Part shown: positions 14,201 through 39,330 of the stretch, piece by piece | Layout: the number at the start of each line of letters is the position of its first letter | How positions within the stretch are numbered: the first letter of the stretch is position 1 | Origin: Raillietiella orientalis | Taxonomy: Eukaryota | Direction: 5' to 3' | Length of the DNA stretch: 64,000 nt | NCBI GenBank assembly: GCA_036172245.1 | Contig: JAYWIR010000047.1 | Span: 372,001 to 436,000, forward strand | Position numbers and translations under genes: made by a program | The notes under the pieces: generated by a model | The model's input: the letters and a program-made list of their open reading frames with translations, nothing else | Told to the model about the DNA's origin: nothing | Database searches by the model: none

Positions 14201-14399
14201 GCGCTCCTTCCCCCTCTCCTTACCGCCTACTTCCCGAGCCCGTGTGCACTTCGACTCCTTAAGCTGGGGGGGTGAGGACGAGGAGTGAAGGGGGTCGCTA
14301 GAGACGAAAGGCCCAGAGGGGCCGTCCCTCCGGGCGTGATTCCATTTCCAGGAGCCTCCTCCTCTCCCCCCTTCCAAGGAAGTAGCCTCTTCTCGGCAG

Positions 14400-16260
14400 G
14401 GCAAGCAGAGCACTCTACAACCCTCTACGCCCCCTCCTCCCGCTCTTCGTGGTCGAGGGGCCGGGAGTTTTCCCGGCGCCACTTTGTCCCGCCTCATGGC
14501 TCGCGGAGTCCGCTCGTTCCGACGCAGACTCTCGGGCGCGCATTTTTCAGAGCCACTCACGGAAGGGGTCGCCCTCCTGCTCCCTTCAATTGCCCAAGGA
14601 AGGGAGGGGGACCTTCCCTGGAAGTTCGGCTTCAGCCCCTCCGCCAGCGGGCGATCCCGGATTCCTGCGCCCGCGGCCCCGCCGTTCAGCGCCATTGGCC
14701 TCGGCTTGGCAGCCACCATATCACCCTTCTCCGTGCGCACAGCAAGCGACCACGCGTGTTGCGCACGTGCGCGGGAAGCATGGATGGGTGCGCCCCCGTC
14801 CAAGCTTGGACGGGGACCCACCCTTCTCCCTCTCCTCCGGTCCTGGGAGCCAGAGAGCATTCGTCATATGCAGTCGTGCCTGGGGGAGAGGCGCAAGCCG
14901 GGACTCGGGAGTGCTGACGCGGCGGCAGCGACCCCGGTGCCGGGACTCGAGCCGAGAGCAGGACGCATCTTTGGGACGGGCTCGCCTTCTCGATGATGCC
15001 ACAGGCGAAGGCGCACATCGGCGGAGCGGCAAACCCCTAAGTGACGGCCCCCGTGGCCATTTGCTTCCCGGTCCTCCCGCCAAGTGGAGCAGGCGAGACG
15101 CCGGGATGGTTGACGGTTGCGTTGGCGCAGGAGCATCGGCCTCCTCGGGAAGGTATGCGCCAACCTCTGGACCGTAAAAAAGGAGTGAGAGGAGGCGAAA
15201 CGAAGGGAAGGAAGGAATGCGACAACCCACCTGCCAGTGGAGCTGCTGGAGGGAGTCAAAGGCTCGGGATACGGATCAGATGACGTCAGCTCCTTCCTCC
15301 GCCGCGCGAGATCCCGGCGGGGCAGCGACTGCGGGAGACCCCGCGAGCGCGCCGTTCAGAGGGAGGCCAACAGGGAGCCTTCCCCTTCGTGGATCGCTCA
15401 TTCTGTCTCTCCGCCAGAAGCGTCGCGCCTTTCCGGGGGAGGGGAAGGGAGGAAGGAAGGCGGACCGGGACGCCTCCTCCGCCAGCTCTCCGAAGATCAG
15501 GGAGCTCAGGGAGCGGCAGTGCCATCATCTGCTTGGGGGAAAGCGTCCAAGACACGTCCCTCCCTCCCTCGTGGCGGCCTCTGCCCGCTCAACGCCTCTG
15601 CAGGTGTGAACCGATCCGATCCCTCAAGATGCTCCGGTCCTCACACTGGGATGCAGCATCTCTCTTCTTCTGGGAGCGGGGTGCCTGTTCGGAGGAATGC
15701 CGGTCCGCGTCGCCAGAAGGTCGCGTCCGTCGCAGTTGCCCTGCAAAGGTGACCTCTCGGCAGCCCTTGCTGAGGGTCAGATCCGGAGGGCTCCCGCGAC
15801 GCCCACTCCTTGGAGATCCCGGAAGAGAAGGCCGGCCGGTGCCCTGTCCTACAGCCCTTGGAGTTTCGCGCCCCCAACACAGCCCTGCCCGGCTCACGAA
15901 CGGAGGCCCACAAGGAGAGGCTTCACCCCGCTCCCTGGGAGGGGTGTTTGGTCAAGGGAGCTGCCTCTGGGAGGAAGACGCGCTCCGAATAGGGGGTCCC
16001 GATGCGGACAGATCGGGAGGCAGTCCGCCCCTTTGCCGGCGGGAATCTCTCGGGGTCGAATCGCCTTCCGGTTCCGGGATGCGGCGGGTCACCCGCGTCT
16101 CTCTGTCTAGAGCGAGGAAGATGTGGGACGTCTCCTCCCGGGATTCCCGGCATCCATGGAAGCAGAGGAAGGGTCGCTCGCAAATGCGCGCGGACGCCAG
16201 GAACTCGCTGCTCGCAGCAGGACCTTCCAGGATAGTGGCAATCAGAGTGCGGGGCCGCCA
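14400..16260 (-). mobile_element. Highly decayed LINE ORF2 relic (endonuclease end to RT)
   Basis: Collinear minus-strand remnants: PHSDCH (SDH-like, ~16245), QLRRTR..GDADR (~15730), VQRLAHTFP / PTQPSTIPASR (~15150), EGLKPNFQGRS (GLKxNxxKS-like, ~14625). Many frameshifts. Confidence 0.3.
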
Positions 16261-16899
16261 CGCCGCGGCCACGCGCAGCCGCAAGTCGAAAGTCCCCATC
16301 CCGAGTCCTCAGGATCCCCCGCTGAACCCCCTCCCCACTTCCCGGCCCTCTGCGCCTTAGAGCGTCGTATGACGTCCTCCCGCTTTCCTCCCGCCCCCCG
16401 CGGCGACAGACTCCCTCGGCCCCTACCCAACCTCTGTTTGTTTACCTCTCCCCACGCCCACTGATTGCCTCCCGGGCCAACTCATCACCAGCGCGAAAGA
16501 AACAATCAGTGTGGGGAGGAGGGGGAGCGCCTGACGAATCCCATTGGCTTGCGCTCTCCCGCCTCGGGACCAAGTGTTCCCGGAGCTCACAAAGGAGGTG
16601 CCCCCGAGGAGGAACGGCGCCTGTCCAACGCGCACCTGTCGCCGTCGCTCCAGCCAATGCACACGCGTCTGCTCCTCCCGCACGCCAGCTGGAGAGTGTT
16701 TCCCCGGGTGACGGAGAGGCGAGGCTGCGCTCCCTGGACGGGATCGCGGATGTGGATGAACAGTGAAGCTCCCGTGAGCGCGCGACACTCCGCCACGCTG
16801 CCGACGGACACCCTAGCAATCAATGGTGCCTCTCCTGGGATCGCACGATGCGTGAGCTGCCCGGTGGCGCACGCTGCCAAGTCGTCGCGGGGGACGGAC

Positions 16900-17750
16900 A
16901 GAGAGGAAGGGAGGGAGAACATCCGGAGTCGCCATCCCGAGCAGAATCTCCGGGGAAAGGAGCGTTGGGAGGGAACGGACTCCGCCTCCCTTCCCAGGGG
17001 CAATAGGTTGCTCGAACTCTCTCCCCCGTCGCTCCACACGCCCTGCGAGGGAGGGCGCAGCCTAATGGGGAGAGGGACTTCTCTTCTGGTCGCAGAGGTG
17101 GCGAAGGAAGTGGGGAGGAGGAGAGGAGGGGACACGTTGACCCCCCCAGCGCGCCTGCGAGTCCTTCTTTCAGTCAACCGAAGAGGCTTTGCTCTGGAGC
17201 CGCCCACGATCACCATTGCCGCTCTCCCCTTCCTCCTATAAGATGGCGTTGCGCGGAACTCAAGAGGGCAAGAGCCCGCGGTGGATAGGGGAGCTACGGA
17301 CTCGCTGTGTCTGCCGCGTGCAGGAACGAAGGCGATGCACAGCTTCCAAAGGGGAACTGGAATGGCGCATCCTCGCCCAGCTAGAAGCGGAACGAACCCC
17401 ACCCTCCTTCTTCCCTGAATCTCTTCTCTGGGTCTCTCATTGAGCACATCCTGGGATGCGCGCGCGGAGGTGGTCCACCCTCACGAGGAACAGCATCTCT
17501 TCCCCCCTCTTCCCGCAGGGGACGGAGCGCCACCAAAGAGGTGCTGACGGAGACCCCCTCCTCCCTTCCTTCTCCTCGGCTACAAAGAGACCGACGTGGA
17601 CCCCTACTCTCCCGGGAACCGTAACGGGGGCGAAGGAACTATCGGAGCGGTTCGGGAGTTTTTCCTGCAGGCCTTTAGCTGAGTGGTGATCCGGGAACCG
17701 CGAGCGATTCTTGGCGACGAGCCGGAAGGCACTAAGAGCAGGTGATGACT
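16900..17750 (+). mobile_element. Decayed LINE ORF2 3' fragment
   Basis: KGELEWRILAQL (~17350) resembles the Tx1/L1 'GDLQWRILHG' block. It is followed by EEQHLF (~17490), resembling ET..HLF of the CCHC knuckle. Boundaries approximate. Confidence 0.28.
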
Positions 17751-18694
17751 GGGGAGGCAGGGGTCGAGTTGCCCTCTCGGTCGATGACCCCCTCGGGGCA
17801 TGAGTGCCGCCAGCGGGTGTGCCGAAGGAAGATGAGTGCCCCGAGGACTTCGTCTGCAGGCGACGACGCACCACGCTGCCAGCAGCAAAAGGGAGAGGAA
17901 GGGAATGAAAGGAGAGGGAGAGGGAACAGAGAATGAAGGGAGAAGGAGAAAGAAAGGAAAAAGGGATGAGGAAAAGGAAGAGAGAGAGAAAAAAGAAGGA
18001 GGAAGAAGCCTCCTTCAGCCCGCGCAAGGGGTGAGAGGAACCCCCGTCGAAGATCGCCCAGAGACTTCGGGGGGATTTCCACGTCCGGCCAGGAGGCAAT
18101 ACTGCAGAGAGGGGTCCTGCAGTAGTTGGGGAGGAGAGGAGGATTGCCACCTCCCATTCGCGGAACCACTGGAAGGCAGAGGAAGAGAAATTCGCTCTCT
18201 TCCTTCGTCGGGAGGGATCAGTCGACGGAACGGGAGAAGGGGCTCTGATCAGGGGACTTCTAGACTCCGCTCAGTCTGTCGAACACCCGGGAGGGCACGT
18301 TCGCTCCCCGCTCTCCGGATGCGCCCATGCATCCCTCCTTCCCCCATGCTGGACCCGAGCTCGCATCGTCTTGCCAGCATCACCGTGCCGCGTTCGGCGG
18401 CTCCCGTGATTCAGAGATCCACGGCTCCCCACTCCCCTGACGTCTCCCTCCCTCCCCTTTTTCTCCTCCTGGAGCGGACGCGTGCTCCACGCTCCTTCGA
18501 CCTCGAAGGGAGGAGGGGCGCGCTATCCCACGGACTCCCATCCTTCCTCCGCCCTGCCTTTGTTTGTTTCCCGAGGTCCTGGAGGGGAGTGTGAGGCCCA
18601 CGCATACGGATGGAGGTTGCAGGAAGCCCTGGTCTCCATCAGGGACGGTGCTGACGACCGACCTCCTTCACGGCCCCCCGTCTTCTGCTTTCAG

Positions 18695-28809
<10,115 letters not shown>

Positions 28810-29190
28810 GGAAGACCGGACGGAAGGCTGCTGCTGAGGTGGCTAAGACGGCGCCTCTCCCGACCCATTTTATCCCTTCACGTGGTGCACCCTACGGATC
28901 CGTACAGATGGATGGGAAGTTTCGTCGATGCGTCCGAGAAAGAGAGAGAGCTCGCGCAGGTGTCCCTCGTCCTCCCGCCCCACCGTCCCCCGCAAGACAT
29001 TCGAGACAGTGCCGGAAGTCGTACGGATTGCCAGCAGGCGAGGCAGAACGTGCACAGCAGAACTGGGGAGTGTCCAGAAAGAACTCGTTTGAAAAAAGAA
29101 AGAAAGAAGATCGGACGTTGAGATGCATCTCGCGGAATCTGCATCGAAGATAAAATTAGTTGATGCTCTCATATATCGCTGGTTGTTGCA

Positions 29191-29196
29191 AATAAA
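29191..29196 (+). terminator. Likely polyadenylation signal of senseless
   Basis: AATAAA ~380 nt after the stop codon, followed by a T-rich tract. Confidence 0.5.
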
Positions 29197-29545
29197 TTGG
29201 TTTTCCTCCTTCGACCCTCCTCCCCTTCTTGCTGCTCCCTTTGCTCTCCCGCACACATCCAGCACGCCGGAACAGGTCGCGGGGAAAGGTTTTAAAGAAC
29301 TTTATTTCTCCTGCTGGACCAGGGATTGCTGATGGCATCCCGACCGGCAGCAGAGAATATGTTTTGTTTTGTTTTTTTGCTTCTTCGGTGTAGAACTAAT
29401 AGAATGAAGTCGAATTCATGTAAATTGCGGAAACATAAATATTGGAACGGGGTTTTTGTTTATGGAGCATCGAGAGACCCATCGACCCACGAAGGCACAC
29501 TTGTTCGACGAATCCCTTACCGCATGAAATATTAACTTGGATGGC

Positions 29546-31807
29546 TCAGAGGAAATGATTGCCAAGAATCACGCGAGTCATCATAGGCATATGGTGGAAT
29601 AGGAAGTGATCCATTAATCTCTCCTGATGTACTCCTGGATGCAATTCCGGAGATGCTAAGTGATAAAGAAAATACACAGGGATCTCGACGAGCGTGCGCG
29701 GAAACCCGTCGAGCGAACGGGTGGCAGGAGAAAACGGCAACCCTGAATTTCTGTAAACAAAAGTGTTGTGCGTCTGGCTGCTTCCCTGTCCACTCGACGC
29801 CGATGTAAGCGAAACGCGAGCTCAGGTACGTACCATGTGTTCGGTCCACGCATCACTTCCGCTGCGGAGTCTGCTTTCCAGCAGCGGCCATGCTTTCGCT
29901 CCCTTGTTGTCTGTGGACTCGCGCAAAAACCCGCTTGATCGGGAAAGAAACGTCTAGGGTCAAAGATAAGCCAGTCGTTTCACGTTCGGCTGATGGATGA
30001 CGGAACTTGGATGGCAGCTGGGCACGCGTCCATCGCGTCATCTGATCAGCTCTCCTACGCATTTTTTTCCCCCCTTTTTTTGTCTTCCAGCTAACCAAGC
30101 TTCCCTATGGATGTGGATGGCTCGAGTGGATAAGCACTGGAAAATGTACTGCTTCCACCTTGGCTCGTTTTTTGAAGGAAAACCTACCAATCATTAGGTT
30201 TGCTCGATGCCCACTGCTTTCCGTACCAACTGAGTGTAAAAGTGATCGGCATGCCAGCCCGATCGGCGTTCACAGTTCCTAGAGACGATTGCGTTTCCTT
30301 CCCGACAGCGTGTAATCCTCCTCGAAAGACACTGAGACTTGCATGCGAAGATGGCTGCACCATGGATACCATCAGCATGGCAAACGAAGATGGCTTCATC
30401 ATGAATACCGGGAACATTTCCTTCCAGAAAAATGCATTCCCTGACCCTCTCTCATGGGAACGGAGATTTCCCTCCATCAGAAGTGGTGCCAATGCCACGA
30501 GCATAAGGAAAGGGGGACTCAGCCCTGGAGCAATCCGCTTCCGTGTTCTTAGGGTACCAGTGGCCGCTACAAAATTCAGTGTTCGAGGACCCATTTCCGC
30601 TTGCTCCGCACCTGGGCTTCAAATCCGCACTCTCTAAAAGTAGAAACCACGGCAAAGTATCAAAGTGAACCGAAGCTTCACCTTTGTTTAGCTTGAGCCT
30701 GTCGTCCGTTACTGGACGTGGATCATTTGGCTACTGTGGAAATTCTTGAAGGGCACAACCGACATTTTGAGACTTCTTTGCCTTATTTCGCGTCCTCGAC
30801 CGTCCTGCGACATTACCTTATCCATCACAAACTCACGAACTGCTTGTACTGAAGGCCTCGCAGCTTCATTCTTCTCTCTTCAGAGAACAGAAAATCGTCC
30901 ACAATTTTCGATAGGCATCTTGTGAACAATCCCGAGTTTAGCATCCAGAAGTGTACTGAAAGCTGCAGGTCGTTCACACTTTGGTCATAATCACTTCTGC
31001 TTCCCTAAACCGTGCACCTGTTGCAACAGCCTCATGGACTCGAATCTCGTCTACGGATTCAACACAGTTCTCGAAGAAGACTTGCAGCTCGCTCTATTTG
31101 CAAGTTTATACAGTCCCCCAAAGATCATGAACAGAGACGCACATTTTCACTGCTCAGCATTCGCAGACCCCATTTGGACCTCGAGTCACAAGGCGCATCA
31201 GCCATCAGAACGTGCATCTTGGCTTTGAGTGCAAAGAGAAACTGAGAAAGCTGCACGCCTCAAATAGCAGATGCTTGTTGTGCGTTTCGGAAAAACTTCC
31301 CTCTCTTCTCATTAGCTTCACATACTCCTCCTCCTTCGAACCATGGTAACGTTCTGAGGGCTGTTTTCTCATGCAAAAGATTGATACATGATAAAGATAC
31401 CCGACTGCGTGTTTTCTCTGTTTCATTTCCGCGCATCCCTTCATCAATTTTCCACGGCGACGTTGTTGCATTGAATTCTGCCGTGATCTGAAAATTCCAA
31501 GTCGCATGATTTCCATTTCGTCTTTCTCTTCCTCTCTCGTGGCTAGCAGAGATTGTGGAGATCAAGAGCCGAGTTCCAAACTCTCTCAAGGATTGCATTT
31601 GAGTCTCCGTTCTTGTAAGCAAACCAGACTCTTGACGGGAGACCATGACCGCCAACGTATTGGCTCGCGAGGCGCCTGCTCCTCACCAGCACACTTGGAT
31701 TTTTGCCTTGCCGCCTACGAACCAGGACACATTAACGCAGCCGTGAACCGTGCCATCCTTGTTTATCCTGCCCGCTGTCCAGTCAATCAAGCGTGCCTCG
31801 TTTCGGG
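29546..31807 (-). CDS. Multi-exon gene of unknown function (orphan candidate); ends uncertain
   Basis: Seven consecutive GT-AG introns (47, 67, 49, 55, 54, 86, 48 nt) keep frame across exons 31487-31401, 31353-31326, 31258-31143, 31093-31018, 30962-30903, 30848-30817, 30730-30682 and 30633-. Further frame-compatible ~40-55 nt introns continue to ~29.6 kb. Confidence 0.6.
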
Positions 31808-32400
31808 CTGTTTATTAAAAAAACAATCCTTCCTCCCCTCCCTCTCCCTCACACTGGTTTTCTCGCACTAATTAATCGAGGATTGTCCTGAAAGCCTTGC
31901 ATACCTCCTCTCTCCCCCCCATTGTCCATCTGAACCATAGGCTGCTTGTACACAAACTCTTTAAAGCACTCCAGATAAGAAGGATGTTTTCATCCAGCTT
32001 ATTCATAATCTGCTATCTGCTCTATTTATTGAGCAATAGACGCTAATTACCCTATTTATATACATTTTCTAGCTAAAAGGGCAAATGTTTTCAGTCTATG
32101 GAAATGATGTCAGGATATGGGAGGCATTTCGAATAAATGCGCTCAGAGATAACTGAAAATGACAAACAAAGCATTAAAAGGCTAGATGAAGAAGAATGAT
32201 GCAGTCTGTTGTGCACTACTTAGAAACGGAAGAATATTTTTCTTTGTGTTTAGTTTACATTTTTCATGAGTTTCTGGGGGTGGGGGGGGGGGTGGGGGGG
32301 ACCGCAGGAATGCTATCCTTCTTAGCACCCCTAATATGCTAACACCATATCTACATGTTCGTTTTAGTTCCTTCATTTTTATTGCCTGCAAATACACGCA

Positions 32401-32853
32401 TCATCCTGGAAACCTGTGTTCTTTGCATATCTTGAAATCATCGCTTTCCTCTTCATTAATTGTATCCTACAGAATGATTGCAGGAGAACCGGAGCAATTT
32501 CCATAGAAAGCTACAGCTTCTCTACTTTACATGCAAGGCGTGTCCGATGCAATAATGTGTCAGATACTTTACTTGCAATGTATGACCTTTAGAGATTAGT
32601 TGTCCATTAGTAGAAACCCAAGTTTGAAAGTATTGTGACTTTCACCTCTTTATTACACATTGTTTGTCACGGCAAGGAGAAAGAAAACAGAGAATCAATC
32701 TCAAGTGAGGAAAAAACACTTCAGAGTAATATGACCTTGTAAAGATAGAGAAGATCAACAACTGTGAGCAAATAGTAGCAATGAAGAATTCAAATGTGAT
32801 AGCTGACAGGAAGCGAATACAATCCACACCAAATGCATGTTGCACCGATTCAT
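32401..32853 (-). CDS. Small four-exon gene of unknown function, possibly secreted (~91 aa; may extend 5')
   Basis: Exons 32853-32821, 32761-32646, 32586-32526 and 32466-32401, joined by three GT-AG introns of 59 nt each. Hydrophobic N-terminus MNRCNMHLVWILLIFSIF. AATAAA ~20 nt after TGA. Confidence 0.45.
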
Positions 32854-35038
32854 TGTGGATAAACTGCGAGTCCAGTAACTATTAGCCTGCTGGTGTAGAA
32901 TAAAAAGATAATTGGCCGTGCCGTTGTGCATCCGCAAAGTAATTTAAACATTTTGGAAGGCATGAAAATTTGCATCCAGAATAACTGTCAAGGTGTGTAA
33001 GATTTAAAGCGCATACATAAGCTTTATATTAATATCTACAGAGTTCCTGAAAAATTCGACAGCAGGGGAAGGAACGTTGAAGTCGAAAGATTGCCATTCC
33101 AATGCTGTTATGATGGCTCTACACGATTTCACAAACGTATATTGATAAATGTTCAGCACGGTAGATGCTCCTTGACTTCGACTTCTTTCGCTGCAGGTGA
33201 TTAATATCCGATGAAAGCCGATTGACATAATGTATGCCGGTTTCAATTTCCATATTTTAAAATATTCCATATTTGGATAATTTATACTATCAGGAAAAGT
33301 GATCAATCAAATTTATATCATCAGCTTCCAACAAGACCATTACATGGTTTGGAGGGTATTTGAGAAGATGACTATGTTGAACTTTGCTTGAACATTTTAG
33401 TTCTTTGTAAACGGTAAGCATGAGCATTGAGCGGTAAGCAGTAAAAGCAAGTATTACCACTGTTACCTAATTGTAATATGCTTATCAGCAATGCCAAAGT
33501 CAGCATGTAGTTAATTTTTGATTCGATGCCCCCCCCCCTTCTCCCTTCCTGAAATTCCCAGTTCCTTAAGCACGCCGATTCTTTTCAAAGGAGAAATTCT
33601 GAATAAATGGGGTAATCGATGTGGTTCCGATGCGTCTGCATTCACTGTAGCGTCGAAGTCCGTTGTGCACAACTCAGCTGTTACTCTCGAAAATTCCCTG
33701 CATCGATGACGTAATTCATTAGGATAAAGGTTTTTATGCGAATTTGGTTTACCAATAGCGTAATTTTAATAATTTATTCTCTCGGCTTTCTGTGTAATAC
33801 CCGAATGTGGCACTTGCCACAAGCGTTTATTTTTCACACCGTTGGTTCTAAAGTAATTTTTCCTTAAAAACTCTACTAGTTTTTCTTTAAAAAAGACTGA
33901 TTCGGGTGTTCAGCTATCAGTTTGGTTTGCACGCTACTTCCTGAATGAATCAGAATGTACCAAGACTTGTACCTGTGGTCATGAATTAATCGATTCAAAG
34001 TTTAGTGTAGTATCGCAAAATTTATTCCAAATGTATTACGTGGCTTGCTGAACTTTTCCGTAATTTTGACCCTTACAACTCTAAACAACTTTTTCCTGTC
34101 CTCAAGCATTCTTCACATTGATTTCCCCATAACCATGGTTAAGTATATTATTTTGTTTGCTGCAAGAACCATGGCTATACAAAGGACATTTCATTAATAC
34201 AAGATCGTTTTCAAACAATATCGGGATCCTTCATTCGGCATTTCCATCGATGAATTCTGACTGCTGTCCAGTGCTCCAGTTATACATTTATTCATTTTGG
34301 AATAAATGTTTCATGTTTACCGTACTGCACCTCACGATCATAATTTGAATGTAGGTTCTGTTTAACTGTCAAACAGATTTCGAAAACATCCATTTGGTTT
34401 CACACAAAAACTGGCACATGAAATAATGAACATAAAGATTGCTGCACCAAGGTAATTAACTGAGATGTTACTGAGTATAACACTGGTGACCTTAATGGGT
34501 TTAATATTAATTAGGAAAGGAAGTGCTTATAAAAACATCAAGAGTATTCAGTAATGACTTGTCACAATTGGGGAACTAATAAGCAAGGCAAAGTTAGGCA
34601 TAATTCCTGCAGCTCCTTCTATGTGACACAAGTTGTCCTTTTCTTGCTGTTGAGTTGCATTTGGTTATGCTAGTAAAAAAAAGCAAGTTTAGGTTGGAAA
34701 CCCATTATTCATTAAATTTCAGTTCGAGGAAGTTTCCTTGTGTTGTGTTTGGGGAGCATCAAGAGTTCAACATGCAGATTCTTGAGTTTTTCAGAGTTTA
34801 TGGGAAAACAAAAATAATAAAAAAATATTAACAGAATATTAACGAAGTATAAGAAAAAAACGAAAACAAAATATCAACAATGTATTTCCTACATACAAAA
34901 TCTCATCAACAACACATCTGTGTCACCAAAAGAAGTAAGATGATTTTTCATGAGTGCATTTCTCTTTTTGTTCCTTCAACTGTGAAGCAACTTTATTTGC
35001 ACAATAAATTTTAACAAATTCGCATTTAAATAAGGTCA

Positions 35039-38536
<3,498 letters not shown>

Positions 38537-38989
38537 ATCAAGATGTACTAGTGATAACATAAATGTAATTCCCAAAGATATGCAGCATCTTCATTGTGTT
38601 TATGATCATCAAGGTACCCCAGCTTCTGCCATGTTCCATCGTTCTGTATTTCAAAAATAAACACTATGACTTTTAAATTTCTGCTGGCATTTCATATGTA
38701 TACACACAAATGTTATCCAACAGCTCTCCCAGCTTTTATCCAAAGCTTTACCACGCATAAAAATGGGGGAATCGATCGAAACTACACTGACATTTAAGGC
38801 GAAAACACGAATACTTAGAAAACAAACGTACAGTCTTGTGAGCTGAATTGTGTATACAGGAACGACTTTCTTGAAAATCTATGTCTCGAATTCTAGAGTG
38901 ACCAATCTCTAACTTAATCGTACACAGATTTTTGACGTTGCCAGGTCCTCACTTCTGGGTTACTTGAAGAGGTCGCTCCTGAATCTCAA

Positions 38990-39330
38990 GACAGCCATCC
39001 TTTGAACGACTGATGCCGTTCACTGATTACTGATCCCCGTGTCAGGTCGCGTCGCCCCCACCCGGCACGCCTTCTGACCGCGACAGCTGCACTGCTCGCC
39101 CCGCAGCCCTGCCGCATTGATTGCCGCGGGCCGTCCGCCGCATGCGTCCGCGCGCGTTGCCCCTTCCAAGGAAATTCGGAACCAGGAAGTTTGGAACGTT
39201 TTCCTTTCCACATTCTGGATGTTGCACATCTTGCTTTGGATCCTAACGGGATCTCCGTTGCCGGGCTAGATCTCTTTTTCTTGAAAACAAATTGTGGGCA
39301 AACAACACGGGAGCCCGGCTTGAGGAAAGA
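38990..39330. promoter_or_regulatory. Small CpG/GC-rich island upstream of KIFAP3 (likely promoter)
   Basis: Abrupt CpG-dense patch in AT-rich surroundings, ~450-800 nt 5' of the KIFAP3 ATG. Confidence 0.5.

Noticed and set aside
28810..29200. miR-9 seed site (ACCAAAG), known from the Drosophila senseless 3' UTR
   Set aside because: Not found by eye between the stop codon and the first AATAAA.
30110..30145. IFQCLSTRAIH on the minus strand resembles the BEL/Pao integrase motif
   Set aside because: Isolated match with no flanking DDE motifs, RT or LTRs. A different frame fits the spliced-gene model.
30452..30454. In-frame TGA between two open segments, as possible selenocysteine or readthrough
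   Set aside because: An ordinary GT-AG intron can remove it, and no SECIS was recognised.
33050..33130. RAIITALEWQSFDFNVPSPAVEFF resembles the end of a cyclin box
   Set aside because: No upstream cyclin-box motifs, and too short to support a call.
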